A model generated the notes under the pieces. That model worked only from the letters and a program-made list of their open reading frames with translations, ran no database searches and was not told where the DNA came from. From Naegleria gruberi (taxonomy: Eukaryota), in assembly GCA_000004985.1 (NCBI GenBank), contig GG738862.1: a stretch of 64,000 nucleotides of DNA, one strand, 5' to 3'. A program made the translations under genes and the position numbers. Below, one piece after another: positions 43,175 to 55,293 of this stretch (the first letter of the stretch is position 1; every line of letters starts with the position of its first letter).

Positions 43175-45350
43175 TTAAATGTTATTAGTTTTTTTCAAAT
43201 TTTGAACGGATAACCATTTAGAATAGGTTGAGGTTTGTTGTAAACGATTGAAAGTATCCTGGAGGTTCAACAGCAAATCAGTTTCAACACATCTCCAAAC
43301 TAAATCAAATTCAATCTGAGATTCAGCTTCACACTTTTCTAAAAGTGAATAAAACTTCCTCCTGCAAGTGAAAGGAAGGTTCACTTCATATTTTGAATAG
43401 TTTCTAATAAATTCAGCTTCAATTTCTTGTAATTCTTTGAACTTGACAAACTTTCTACCCTGTAGCGATTTCAACTTGATGTAAAATTCATAATTCTCTG
43501 AACTAAACTCCTTTTCACAGTATTCCTTTAAAAGTACAAGTAAATCTGCATTTTTCAATTCTTGATCCCAATCCAGTTTTGACATTTCCTTTCGTTTTGT
43601 TATCATTTTGTAAATTTCAATCAATAAAACATTTCCTCCACTAATTTGGACGAAACTCAAACAAAGTAAAGTGTTGAAAATTCCTGTAAATATTGATAAA
43701 TTTTGAATAGTTTCCACATTTGACGAGCTCACTACTGAATTTTCAATTCCAGTTAGAATTCCAATGAAAAGTGGTATAAAAGTCGAAATTAAATCAACTC
43801 TAAAATAGAAAGGATCGTCGAAAAAGAAGAACTTTCGAATACCTCCTCCCTTTAGCATGTTTTTTCTTTGCAAGAACAAATCTAATAGCAAACAAAGTCC
43901 ACAAAAAATCCACAAAATAAGAATAGCAGCTAATAAAATAATAGGTCTATAAACATCGGCTGCTATCTTGCTTTCATTCACAAAATAGTAAACGCTTGTC
44001 AAGTTCAGTAAATGTGAAATTGGGAAGGTAAGAACTACGGTCACTAGCAATCCTGCCTTTTGAGAAGCGAGCATTTTCAATAACTTTTCTCTCTTTGGAA
44101 ACATTACAATGAGAGAGTATAAATTTCGCAAATAATAGAACCGAACAATGGTGGTTCCATAAATGGTAACCCACCAAAAAAAGCAAAATAAAGAAACGCT
44201 ATACCAAAATCCAACACAAGTTCTGGATAGTCCAGTGAATGTAAGCATGATACCCAATATTAGAAGTGATGTGTATGGAATTCCAATTCTTCTTTTGATT
44301 GATGGTTTTTTGTAAACTTTCAAACCGAATAACAATAAAAAATAAATTACTATAATTAGGAATTGAGGAATGATAAAGTAATCCAAAATTGGTACGAAAT
44401 CCTCGCCATAACACCCATCAGTTTGGCACATATAGCACGTAGAAGGAAGTAAATTTTGCCAAGTTTCATTCAAGGAAAGATCACCAGACATGTTCAAATT
44501 AATCTTATCATTAACGAGAGTCCAATTTCCATTAATTTGTGTCTTTCCAGTAATGTTACTAATGATATCAATATCTAGTTGAGAAAAATTAGCATAACCA
44601 GTCATCCTTCTAAAAAATTGAGCATCCGAAATGTCAGGTCTGTTATCACAATTTGTAACTTCAAAATCAAACATGTTAGCAACTAACTGTATTGGTAGTA
44701 GATTGTGTGTAGACTTCATACGGGATGAGAGGTATCGCAACAAAGTCGGCAGTGTTCATGTAGATGCCAGATGCCATGTCAACATCGCGATAAAATCTCA
44801 GATAAAACGAAAAGTAATAGGGATCCAACAAGATGGCATCATATTTTGCAAAGTAATTTCTTCTCTGACACATGTCCACCTGTGGATAAATAGGAAAGTA
44901 GCTGGAAGAATCTAAACTATTTGATGACCCGACAGAAAGTGACAGATTTACACAGGTGAAAAATCTTGCCAAGTAATCATAAAAATCTGGAATAGGGCCG
45001 ATGGTTAAACCCTTCTCCTTGACCGATTCTATCAAATACTTTCGTCTAGAATCGTTATTATTTGTGGTGATTAGTTTAGTCAAAGTTTCATTAGAAAATT
45101 TACTTTTCCACACGAATAGTATTAGAAATGTTCTTACTCCAACCACAGAATCTCCGGTTTTAACTTGTGTAAGAAGTGGAGAAGTTGTAGTAACCAAGTC
45201 TAAAGCATTCTTTCTTTCACAAGTTGTGTGTGAAATGAGAAAAAACCAAGTGAATGTCAATAGAAGGAGAAAAGCTGATTTTTTCATGGTTGTCAAACGC
45301 AAATTTCGAAATTTCATGCACTCTAGTTCTACTTGTTTCCAAAATAACAT
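43175..45350 (-). CDS. 7TM receptor fused to a C-terminal RGS domain (plant AtRGS1-like architecture), with a signal peptide and extracellular N-terminal domain. The two ORFs (44676-45350 and 43175-44743) are in different frames, so a frameshift or tiny intron is needed near 44690-44740.
   Basis: RGS box LKEYCEKEFSSENYEFYIKLKSLQG...AEFIRNYSKYEVNLPFTCRRKFYSLLEKCE. About seven hydrophobic helices precede it. The upstream ORF opens with a signal peptide (KSAFLLLLTFTWFFLISHT). The ORFs overlap by 68 nt. Confidence 0.6.
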
Positions 45351-46160
45351 TTACTTACTGGTTTTGGGGCACAACTGGGCACTTTAGGCAAGTTTCACAT
45401 TTACCTTAGCTTAGGAACTCGTCATGTATGATTTTGAAAACATAATATGAAACCAACACATCATCATCTTAAGATCATCATTGGTCTATCTAAAATGTAT
45501 AGGAACTTGGTAAATTGACAACATGATGAAAATCTGATAATAAATATGATTTTAATCTGATAATAAATAGTAGTTACTAAAGACATGATTCAAGTTGGTG
45601 AAGTACATGTTGAGTTATGGTCCAAATACTTTTTCAAAATTAGAATGTACCTATCCCTATAATAACTTGACCAAAATTGATTAGAGAAAGTTCTTCTACT
45701 ATTGACCATTCCGAACAATACTACATTAACATGATTTTTCCAACTTGTCCAGTAGATATTTAAAATTAAATTACTAAAAATTAATTTCCACAAATACAAA
45801 TGGCATTATATTGATGATGGAACACAATAATGATGATGGTTGGTGAATGATCGAATGATGGAACACCAACTTGTGATTTTCCATCATGAAAAATAAATTC
45901 CAATTTCATGATGATAATCCACCAATAAAAATTACTATTATTATTACTATTTAGATCATGTTGAGATGATGTTGTGAAGGTTTGGTAGCTTCAAGATGTG
46001 AAACCACTCCGAAAATCATTAAAGTACATCACATACTCGATGTTGAAATATTTTTTATTGTTTTTTGTTATTTACATATTACATATTTATTTTTATTGTT
46101 TTTTTGTTTTATTTAAATCTGAGAAAAGATGAAGAACAGTTTATTCCAATAATCATTCAC

Positions 46161-47306
46161 TTATTGAAGAGAAAAAACTTCATAATCTTCAATTTGGAAA
46201 TATTGTGATCCTGTCAAGTATGATTGTGCGGTTGAACCTGGTGTCAATATTCCATCACCATAGCTGTGACCTAGATTAGCATAATTGTAATTATCTGCAA
46301 TATGTAAATCATGTCCTGCTCCAAATGCTGGTCCATATTGAGGATTGTGATAAATTGAGTATTGAGAAGAGTTGTCTCCAATCTTGAAGTAATATCCATA
46401 TTGTTGAGTCAATTTTGTAAATCTTTCAACTTTGTCAGCTGAAACTAAACTAAATAGAAATGCTGATTTGTCTGGAAAGAATGCTCCAGTAGTTGAGGTC
46501 CATGAAATACTTGTATAACCTCCAAATACAGCACCTGTTTTTGCCTTGACAATTACAACGGTTGAACCTTTGTTATCACATTTCGAATGGAATGCTTGAG
46601 CTGAGAAACCATCTCTTGATGCCTTAAATATTAATTTGAGTCCATTTGGTGTTGGAATGCCATTCAATATTTCTGTTGCTAATCTTTCTGATTGTTTTTG
46701 AGATAATAGTGTTGAATCTTTCAATCCACTTATTTTGGATTCGAGTTCTTTCTTTACTTGTTCTTCCTTATTCTTCTTTTCTTGTTCTTCTTTCAATTTC
46801 TTTTGATATTTGAGTTTCTTCTCTTGTTCTTCTTTCATCTTTGTTTCCAGTTCCTGCGAGGATTCAGATTTGAGCTGTTTGTTATCTTTGAGTTTATTCT
46901 TTTGGTTTTCTTTAGATTTAGATTCATGTCTTTCATGTAATGGTCTTGTTTGATATAATAGTTCAAGATTTTCAATTTCAATTTCCAAAATAGATTTCAA
47001 TTCATTCAATTCATTTCTTGTTGTTGATTTATCAGATGTGTAAGATTTAAACAAAGATGATTTCTTTCCACTCACTTCAAATGCATCCAATAAAATGTTA
47101 ATTTCCTTCAATGCATTTGATGTGTCTTTCAAATATTGCTTTTTATCTTTCAATACTTTGAACACATCTCTTGTTGAATATGTTGATGATGAAGAATTGT
47201 TGCTTGTTCCTTTACTAAGTAATGTTACTGTTGATGATTGTGCATGTGTAGCCATTACTAATGCACTCATCAATATTATTAAGGCAAATAAACAACAACG
47301 CAACAC
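46161..47306 (-). CDS. Secreted coiled-coil protein with C-terminal TLDc domain
   Basis: Signal peptide, K/E-rich coiled coil, then LKLIFKASRDGFSAQAFHSKCDNKGSTVVIVKAKTGAVFGGYTSISW...AFLFSL...YFQIEDYEVFSL, a canonical TLDc. Confidence 0.75.
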   Translation of the reverse strand: MLRCCLFALIILMSALVMATHAQSSTVTLLSKGTSNNSSSSTYSTRDVFKVLKDKKQYLKDTSNALKEINILLDAFEVSGKKSSLFKSYTSDKSTTRNELNELKSILEIEIENLELLYQTRPLHERHESKSKENQKNKLKDNKQLKSESSQELETKMKEEQEKKLKYQKKLKEEQEKKNKEEQVKKELESKISGLKDSTLLSQKQSERLATEILNGIPTPNGLKLIFKASRDGFSAQAFHSKCDNKGSTVVIVKAKTGAVFGGYTSISWTSTTGAFFPDKSAFLFSLVSADKVERFTKLTQQYGYYFKIGDNSSQYSIYHNPQYGPAFGAGHDLHIADNYNYANLGHSYGDGILTPGSTAQSYLTGSQYFQIEDYEVFSLQ

Positions 47307-47751
47307 AATTGTGACGATTGTTGGTACAGATATTACTGTTAATCTGTTTCATTCAACAGATCCACAACTATTAAATGTTGGTTATCTTTTTGTGGGCCTG
47401 AAAATAGAAGTACAACACAATATGGTAATTGAATGTGATTACAACTATTACAATTGGACAATTAAAGAAATATTGAAAGTTCAATAATAATTATCACAGT
47501 TACTCCATTAAAAGGACAATTAACTTGACTCTCATCCAATTTTTAACCATACCAGTGATATTTAAATAATCTTAAATAACCCATTCTGGGCCCAAAATGA
47601 TATTTACTTTTAAAGAAACTTTACTTTGTAAATTTGGAAGTTTGACAAAAAAGATATGTAATTTGTTTGGAGAAACACTTGCTTTGGGTTATTCAAAAAA
47701 CACTATAAAACACCACCTATTCACACCTTACTTGAAACAATCGAAAAAGAA

Positions 47752-48501
47752 ATGGAAAAATCATCAAATAACTCCAATTTGGTTTTCATTACAGGTGTAA
47801 CTGGTCATTTGGGAAGTGTTCTTTGTAAGAAACTGTGTGAATGTGGCTACAAGTGTAAAGGTTTGGTTAGAGATGAAGATTCCAAAACCTTGGCCATGAA
47901 GGAGATGGGTTGTTCTGATGTAATTGTTGGTGATTTGGTAGATTGCAATCCAAGTGACATGGTTGACTGGTTGAAAGATTGTGATTTTGTCATTGATGCT
48001 GCAGGAGCTTCAATGCAATCAGAAATTGAACAGGTTGAATTCATTGCAGGAAAGAAACTATTCGATGCTGCTGTCAAATCCAATGTGAAAAAGTATATTT
48101 GCATGTCTGCGCTAGGTTGCGATATCATTGCCTCTGGACAAACTGGAAAGGAACAACAATTGGTTTGTAAAACATGTAGTGAGAATCCAAAGTATGCTAA
48201 ATCTCAATACAAGTTGGATAAGTACATTCAAGATCAAGCTCCAAGAAATTTGGACTATCTCATTGTCAGATGTGGAGATTTAACTCAAGAGAGTGGATGT
48301 AATAAGATTATGGTGGCTCCCAATTTGAGTAAGAAGTATCATGAAAAGAATTGTTGCGTGTCCAGGCAAGATTTGGCAAACTTTATCGTGGCTGCCATGA
48401 AGAGCAATAACTTGACAAGAACTACTCTCGAGGTGATTAATAGTGAAAGAGATGGAGTAGCACCAGAGGAAGCTCTTAAACAAATTAATGTTGCCATCTA
48501 A
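47752..48501 (+). CDS. NAD(P)-binding Rossmann-fold protein (atypical SDR, NmrA/NAD(P)H-binding family)
   Basis: N-terminal VFITGVTGHLGSVLCKKL matches the TGxxGxxG dinucleotide-binding motif. 249 aa. Its 3' end lies 4 nt from the convergent RCC1-repeat gene. Confidence 0.65.
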   Translation: MEKSSNNSNLVFITGVTGHLGSVLCKKLCECGYKCKGLVRDEDSKTLAMKEMGCSDVIVGDLVDCNPSDMVDWLKDCDFVIDAAGASMQSEIEQVEFIAGKKLFDAAVKSNVKKYICMSALGCDIIASGQTGKEQQLVCKTCSENPKYAKSQYKLDKYIQDQAPRNLDYLIVRCGDLTQESGCNKIMVAPNLSKKYHEKNCCVSRQDLANFIVAAMKSNNLTRTTLEVINSERDGVAPEEALKQINVAI

Positions 48502-50006
48502 TCATGAATAATCAACACATCGTGGAAAGGAACTGTCTCTGAAGAGTGAGTCAATTCGTGAGTTGCATACCTTTTCATTTTCAATAAATTATTGATCAGT
48601 AAAGTGTTATTTCTAATAACATCCATCATGACTGCAATCAAACTGCTTCCACAAGCCACATCAATCACTGTATGGCTATCAATGTAATTAGCAAGCTCAA
48701 CGTTTTCAGCATACTGCACCTTTAATTTTTCCATAATATTGTAAGGAGTATTAGGAGCATTCGTTGCTGAACCACATGACATTAATTCCCTGGTTCTAGG
48801 ATTGAACGAAACAATACTTGTGAAACCTCCAAACATTCTCAAATCATGAGCATAATCCACATGCTTTGAAAATTGATATGATTTCACAGTCTCGAATCCA
48901 CCTATATTATCATGCCCCACGTATCCATTAATCATAAATAAATTATTGGTTGTGTAACAAGTGAGATGGCTCAATCTTAATGCATTAATATTTACAACTC
49001 CAGGAATACTTGGTAATTTCTCTAATACATTGGATGATGTGACTGAAAGAGTTTGTCCATAATTATTCATTCCCATCACATAAATATCTCCATTCACTGT
49101 TTGAACAATCATGTGTCCATAACCTGCTGTAATATTTCTAATAATTGGATAACCAGTTCCAACTGTAAATGGAGTAAAATCAGTCAATTGTTGTTCCACT
49201 CTTCCTGCAATGTAAATGTATCGATTATCCAAAACTACAATGGTGCTATACGTTCCACAAACTGCATGTGTAATTCGTTGTCCATCCATAATAATGTGTT
49301 TTGTGGCAACCAAACTGAATGGTTCCACTCCAGAAGTAGTTGGTTTCTCCAATTTACCATATTGACTATTTTCAGAAAGGACATCTTTAGAATCATCATT
49401 TGGTGTAATGAATACAATTTGAAATCAAATGTACTTACGAACATAAATCTTGTTACTCTCCTTAATGGCAATCACATGATAATAGCCAGCCAATAAAAAC
49501 TAATGATCATCATATTATGTTAAAATACACACAAAATGATATGAAACTTACCTTTACTTTTGTCTTATCATTGGCAAAATCCTCAGATGTTGGTACAATT
49601 ATTGTTTCTATTGTATTATTCTCTGCAGCATCACTTCTCAAAATGAGTCCTTTCGCTGTGTGCCCATATTTAATAAATAAATAAATTAAAATCATGATCA
49701 ATAATATATTTAAATATAATATTAGAGATGATCACAAAACATACCTGTAGAACAAAAGAATTGTGATCCGGGTGCAGTGATCATATGAATCTGATCATTT
49801 CCGACCTCTTTGGGCATTTTGATCTTCAAATAAAGTTGATCTTTGAATGCAATAAAGACCTTCCTCTCTACACATGGCAAATCACTCAAATTAGAAGGAT
49901 CAAAAGATGAATTTTGTTGTTGATGTCTCTTTTCTGCTATATTACTGTGATTATTATTGCTGCTGATCATTTTTCTGTTTTTTCTAGAGCTTGTTTTGTT
50001 GCCCAT
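48498..50006 (-). CDS. RCC1-repeat (beta-propeller) protein. Four exons: 50006-49745, 49655-49552, 49499-49439 and 49384-48498. N-terminal MGNKTSS looks like a myristoylation signal.
   Basis: Three introns (49656-49744, 49500-49551, 49385-49438) with donors GTATGT, GTAAGT, GTAAGT and AG acceptors. The exon sum is 1314 nt (438 codons) and stays in frame. RCC1-like blades GYGHMIVQTVNGDIYVMGMNNYGQ. Confidence 0.65.
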
Positions 50007-50315
50007 TTATTTTTAGGTTGTGTTTGATGAACTTTTGTTCATGATCACCGATCAAGTGTAAGCATGTCCATCTAATGAGCCAAGCAAGGAGTGAATAAGT
50101 TTTTTAAAACATGCTCATTGTTAAAGAAGCAATGAATACATTGAGATGATTACCACCATTCAATGAACACTCATTTAACACTAAATAATGAATGTTCAAT
50201 AACAAACAATCTAAAACTGGGATATTCATATCTAAAATTGTTCCCATTATTATTGTACTGGACTCTATATCCCTCCTTAATTAATTTGAACATCTGTAAA
50301 TCACTGTAAATATCT

Positions 50316-51536
50316 ATGTATTACAATAACTGTTTTAGTCATCCACACAATAATCCCTTGGAAAAGCAAACAAAAAAAATGTATCAATATAAAGCATTGC
50401 TTAGTGTCACTTTGCTGATAGTTTGTTTACTGGCATTAAGTATTTTGCATGTTCCATCATCTGTTTTGTGTGCTTCCTCAAGTAGCTCATCAAGTAATGG
50501 AACTGTGAGAGAATGGCTGAGTGACTTGAATGATCAAGCTGCTAACTTACAATCCTCTGCTTCTAGATTGCAAAAAGCTATTGCAATTTTGAGTATGGCC
50601 AACAATACAGCATCCATCATCAGCATGAGGAGTGCTCAACTCAAGAAGATTAATTATGCTCTTGACATGATTAATCAAGAAATTTCAATCTTTAAAACCA
50701 CATGCAGTAATAATGATGGTCCTGATTGTACCATTCCTATATGTGTATCAAAGTGTTTGAATTGTACTGCACCTGGCATATGCTCACAATGTTATGGCAA
50801 TTGGAATGGTACTGACTGTTCCTATTGTAAGATGGGATGGAAAGGCATTGATTGTAACACTTCTCAATGTGATTCAAAGTGTTTGATATGCACTGGACCC
50901 TCTCAATGTTCAGTTTGTTCTGGTAACTGGGATGGTGCTAACTGTACTACTTGTAAGGCAGGATGGGCAGGAACTAATTGTGCTACCCAAGTTCCTGTGG
51001 GAGATTTATCATCTTCTTCCATATTGACACCAGTTAATGCCACAAGATTTGTTTCTGAAATAGTTAATAGTGTAAGATCCAAACCAATTACACTATTGTA
51101 TAGATCTTCAAGAGATAGTTATAATCCTTCAATCTTCCATAGTTTATGTGATAATAAGGGGCCAACTATTACAATTGTTAAGGCTAATACGGGAGCCATA
51201 TTTGGAGGTTATACTTCAATTAGTTGGAATTCAGGTGGTGTCAATTTTATAGTGACCCAAATGCTTTCTTATTTAGTATTATTTCTTCAACAGGAGAGCA
51301 AAGATTTACAAAGATACTCCAACAACCACCATACGCCTATAGTATTTATACATCTTACCACCATTTCCCTGTATTTGGTGCCGGGAATGATCTTTATATT
51401 GGCACAAGTTATTGCAGCACTACCCCTTCCTCATACATATATCAATCCAGAGCTTATTTCGCTTGTCTCCCAAATGTTAATTGTGATACTTGGGTTCTTT
51501 CAGATTTCGAGGTTTACTCGTTGTAAGCAAATTTAA
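50316..51536 (+). pseudogene. Paralog of the 22176 Cys-rich/TLDc gene, disrupted by a 1-nt deletion in a T homopolymer (~51243). The TLDc C-terminal part continues in frame +2 (51224-51526).
   Basis: N-terminal 120 aa are near-identical to the 22176 gene. The frame breaks between ISWNSGGVNF and (Y)SDPNAFLFSI...SDFEVYSL; restoring one T in caattttatag gives GGVNFYSDPNAF. This could be a sequencing error rather than a true pseudogene. Confidence 0.6.
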
Positions 51537-52079
51537 TCTGACGAAAACAACATGTGGATACTCAATACTGTTGAAACCTTTCAAATAGGGACTGTGGCAA
51601 GATAAATGATCTGGTGGTTCCAAAACACTGCTGTGATAGCAGCATTCCCAATATTTCTTATTGTGCCATCCAAAAGAGATAATTTACTAGTAAATGATTG
51701 CATATCCTTTCACTTCAGCCTCACAAACAACTCTACAGTATCCAAAGGAAGCCTTCTCGTTTTTCCTTTCTATTCTTGATATCCACCAGTGGCTGTATCC
51801 TTGTTCATTTCGGTTTTTCCTTCCATGAATTGTTTAATTAAGTCCACTGTTTGATTTTTCCTTCCATGTATTGTTTAATGAAGTCCACTGTTATTGATTC
51901 TTGTTGATGGTTATTCTGTTATTATTGTTGATGATGATGCAGTTTGTTGCCAAGAGTCAGAATTTTATGAATCATCAGACTAGGATGATACCTCCTTTCT
52001 CTTTCTTGCCATTTTTTTTAAACATTAAATTAAACTTTGTTACAAAGGCGGGAACAAGTTCATAGTCTTACAAAAAAAA

Positions 52080-53229
52080 ATGCCTTCAAGTGATTATGTT
52101 GTTCCCTATGGTTTTGATTTTGGAAGTTACATGACACAGGCTGGAAATACCGATCACTACAATTCTTCAGCAGATTTTCGAACAATCATGGGATTTCCAA
52201 AGGAAAAACCAATCATGGCCTTATTATTGGATTCGGAGAGAAATTATGGATCAAGTAGAATGAAGGAAGGCTGGATTGGAGATGAAGTATTTTGGAAGAG
52301 TGGAATTGCTCGTTTGGAATATCCTATTCGGAGAGGAATTGTTAAGGATTGGAATTTATTTGAGTTGTTTCTAGAGTTTGCCTTTTCGAATGCTTGTAGA
52401 ATATCGAGTGCTGAACATCCAATAATTGTTACTGATTCTCCTTTTGTTCCGAATCAGCAGATCGAAAATGACTGAATTGATGTTTGAGAGATTTAATGTT
52501 CCTGCTTTTGCAATGATCAATTGTGCAATGGCCAGTTGTATGCATTATGGAAGAACAACTGGAACAATTGTAACTTCTGGAGAGGGAAAAACTTTCGTAC
52601 AATCATTTTATGAAGGCTATTTGTTGAAGGAATCTATTGTAAAGATGGAAGTTGGAGGTTGGGATATTACTGAAAATCTTCAAAGAATGCTCAATCAAAA
52701 AGGACATTCTTTCAAGACTTCAAGTGACTTTGAAGTTGTGAGATTGATTAAGGAAAAGCTATCCTTTTTAAAGATGAGTGAAGCTGAAATGATGGTAGAG
52801 AAAGAATATGAGCTACCAGATGGAAATATTATCAATTTGGGAGAGGAATTGCACGAATGTGTCGAGCCATTATTTAACCCACATTTGGCTGGACTTGATT
52901 GTTTGGGCGTTCATGAGCTTGTTACCAAATCAATTCAAGATTGTACTATTGATGTGAGGATGGATCTGTATAGAAATATATTACCTGCTGGCGGTAATAC
53001 AATGATTTCTAATTTTACTGGTCGATTGAAATGTGAAGTTGAAGCATTGGCTCCACCTAATGCCAAAGTCAAAGTTATAGATGATGCATCGAGAAAGTAT
53101 TCGGCTTGGAATGGAATGGCAACTCTTTCTAACATGTCAAGCTTTCAAGATAAGTGGTACACAAAAGAATACTATGAGGAGAATGGGTCGTCTTCTTTAC
53201 TGAGGAGTTGTGTTAATTTTTCTGGGTAG
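52080..53229 (+). CDS. Divergent actin / actin-related protein, with an apparent 1-nt insertion frameshift at ~52455
   Basis: Aligns along the full length of actin: GDEVFWKSGIARLEYPIRRGIVKDWNLFE matches [44 protein letters not shown] matches KMTQIMFETFNVPAM, and YELPDGNIINLGEE matches YELPDGQVITIGNE. The phosphate-1 loop is degenerate (VVPYGFDFGS where actin has VVDNGSG). The frame switches between PFVPNQ and [10 protein letters not shown]. Confidence 0.8.
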
Positions 53230-53398
53230 TGATTTAAATTATTCCAGTAATTTTGGACGATTCTTCTTTCCTTATTGAAGCAATAAGGTAAAAAAAAGCA
53301 CCCAACAACATTGGAAAGCCACAAATGGCTGTCTGAACACAAAAGAATGTGTAAACAGATGTTCTTTCATAACAGGAATAATTATTGAAGATGAAAAC

Positions 53399-53827
53399 CT
53401 ACATGATACAAAATACACACTGCACTGGATTCAAATTAAAGGTTGACAAGGTGATACAAACCACTTGTGGCCATCCTCGTGGTCGTAAGATTGAATCAAC
53501 ACTTTTGTCCTGCTTTGTGAATTCACCCACAAAATGCCCAATGTAGATAAAGATTGCCAACACAATACAGTAAATTCCAGGAGCTGTTGTAAATGCCATA
53601 GATGACGACCTATCCTGTGCCATCAGAATTGCTACCAACCCAAATATGAACAGAAAGTAAATATTACTATTAACAAGAACACGAGCGAGTGGGGCAAACT
53701 CTAATCCTTTCGACAGGGTGACTGCCATACTTTCAGGAGGTTTATATTTGCTTTGTCTTCGCTGTTTAATGCTATCAGATTCTGAATGGGTTGTTTCGAG
53801 GAGTGGTACTTTTAGAGTTCTTGACAT
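53399..53827 (-). CDS. Small membrane protein (142 aa, about 2-3 TM helices)
   Basis: ORF with an ATG start. Hydrophobic segments IYFLFIFGLVAILMA and GIYCIVLAIFIYIGHFV. Confidence 0.35.
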   Translation of the reverse strand: MSRTLKVPLLETTHSESDSIKQRRQSKYKPPESMAVTLSKGLEFAPLARVLVNSNIYFLFIFGLVAILMAQDRSSSMAFTTAPGIYCIVLAIFIYIGHFVGEFTKQDKSVDSILRPRGWPQVVCITLSTFNLNPVQCVFCIM

Positions 53828-53976
53828 TGTTTTGATTTGTTTTTTTATCTTCTTAATAAGTCCGTGAAATCTTCTATTTTCTCTTGTTTGTTCTGTTTGG
53901 AGTTCGTAAGTGCAAACAATGTTCTGAATTTAACAATTTAAAAAGCTGTAAACATGGGGTGAAATAAACTCTTTAT

Positions 53977-55005
53977 TTAATCAATACGAATGACAACCTT
54001 ACCAACATGCTTTTGAGATTCCATATGCTTGAATGCTTCTTGAGCTTGATCAAAACTAAAGACCTTATCAACAACTGGATGAATATCATTATTTTCAATA
54101 GTCTTGACCATATCTTCAAACATGGCACGAGAACCAACAATGAATCCTCTCAAAATTGCTCCAGAAAATAAAACACTCATTCCAACATCAAAATTATCAT
54201 TTGGATCCTTTTGAGCTAATAAACCAATCATGTGAACTTGACCTCCTCTCTTGACAGATTGTAAAGAACGTTGCAAAGTGCCAGCACCTCCAACTTCAAT
54301 AACATGATCAACACCATTTGGCACAATTTCTCTAACTTTTTCTTGCCAATTTGGAGTTTTAGAATAATTAATTAAATGTTGAGCTCCCAAAGATTTGGCC
54401 TTTTCCAATTTTTCATCACTTGAAGAAACAACAATGACCTTTGCACCAGCAGCAACTGCAAATTGAGCAGCAAAGATGGAAACACCACCAGTTCCAATAA
54501 CCAAAACTGATTGAGATGGTCCAACATGTTTAATTCCATTTTGTGCAAGTGCATGATAAGCAGTCAATCCAGCACATGGCAAAGTAGCTGCCTCTTCAAA
54601 TGTCAAATTGGATGGCATCTTGATAATTCCATGCTTTTCAAAAACTCTATATTGACTCAAAACTCCATGACTCGATCCACCCAAATCATTGGCCATATGT
54701 TCATCCTTCATATCTCCAGCAATCCAATCCTGATGAAACAATCCACATACTCTATCTCCAACAACAAATTCCGAAACATCCTCTCCAACACTCACAACTT
54801 CACCTGCTCCATCCGAGCAAGGAATTAATTGTGATGGAAATGGTCCCGGATACAAACCCTTAACCACCAATAAATCACGAAAATTCAAGGAAGCAGCACG
54901 CATACGAACGAGTACTTGTCCTCTTTTTGGTTGCGGAATGGTGGCTTCCTGGGTGAGAGCCAAATTTTCAATGCCTTCGTGTTTGGCAATGTGGTAGGAT
55001 TGCAT
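53977..55005 (-). CDS. NADPH:quinone oxidoreductase / zinc-type alcohol dehydrogenase-like (MDR superfamily)
   Basis: PQPKRGQVLVRMRAASLNFRDLLVVKGLYPG...VLVIGTGGVSIFAAQFAVAAGAKVIVVSSSDEKL is the GxGxxG Rossmann motif, and ...HVGKVVI ends the fold. Typical Qor/zeta-crystallin-like layout, 342 aa. Confidence 0.85.
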   Translation of the reverse strand: MQSYHIAKHEGIENLALTQEATIPQPKRGQVLVRMRAASLNFRDLLVVKGLYPGPFPSQLIPCSDGAGEVVSVGEDVSEFVVGDRVCGLFHQDWIAGDMKDEHMANDLGGSSHGVLSQYRVFEKHGIIKMPSNLTFEEAATLPCAGLTAYHALAQNGIKHVGPSQSVLVIGTGGVSIFAAQFAVAAGAKVIVVSSSDEKLEKAKSLGAQHLINYSKTPNWQEKVREIVPNGVDHVIEVGGAGTLQRSLQSVKRGGQVHMIGLLAQKDPNDNFDVGMSVLFSGAILRGFIVGSRAMFEDMVKTIENNDIHPVVDKVFSFDQAQEAFKHMESQKHVGKVVIRID

Positions 55006-55293
55006 TTTGCACAGTTTTCGAGTTTTTTGATTTTTTTTTTATTTTTTTTAAATTTGTTTTTGGCGCGAGATTCTTGTGAGAATTAATTTTTTTGAGATTT
55101 GTGATGAATTTGATAAAATTGGAAGGTTGTGAGAGTGGATTGTTTTAAGATATTTGTTAAGCTTTGATGTTCTTTGGATTGTTTTCATCAAGATAAACAC
55201 TTTTGAAAAGAAACTGAAAGAGAACAGAAAAGATTAAGGATGACAAGAGATGAAAGTACTTTAAAAAGAGTGAGAAACAAATGATTCTTACAT

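Noticed and set aside
46758-46940. ORF 46758-46940 (+), a poly-Phe/Leu peptide
   Set aside because: It is antisense to the K/E-rich coiled-coil segment of the TLDc gene at 46161-47306 and is a mirror-image artefact of AAG/GAA-rich sequence.
52426-52475. Possible programmed +1 ribosomal frameshift in the actin-like gene
   Set aside because: There is no slippery heptamer or adjacent stop-codon-type shift site. Similar 1-nt breaks occur in many unrelated genes in the window, including inside a T homopolymer, which makes assembly indels the simpler explanation.
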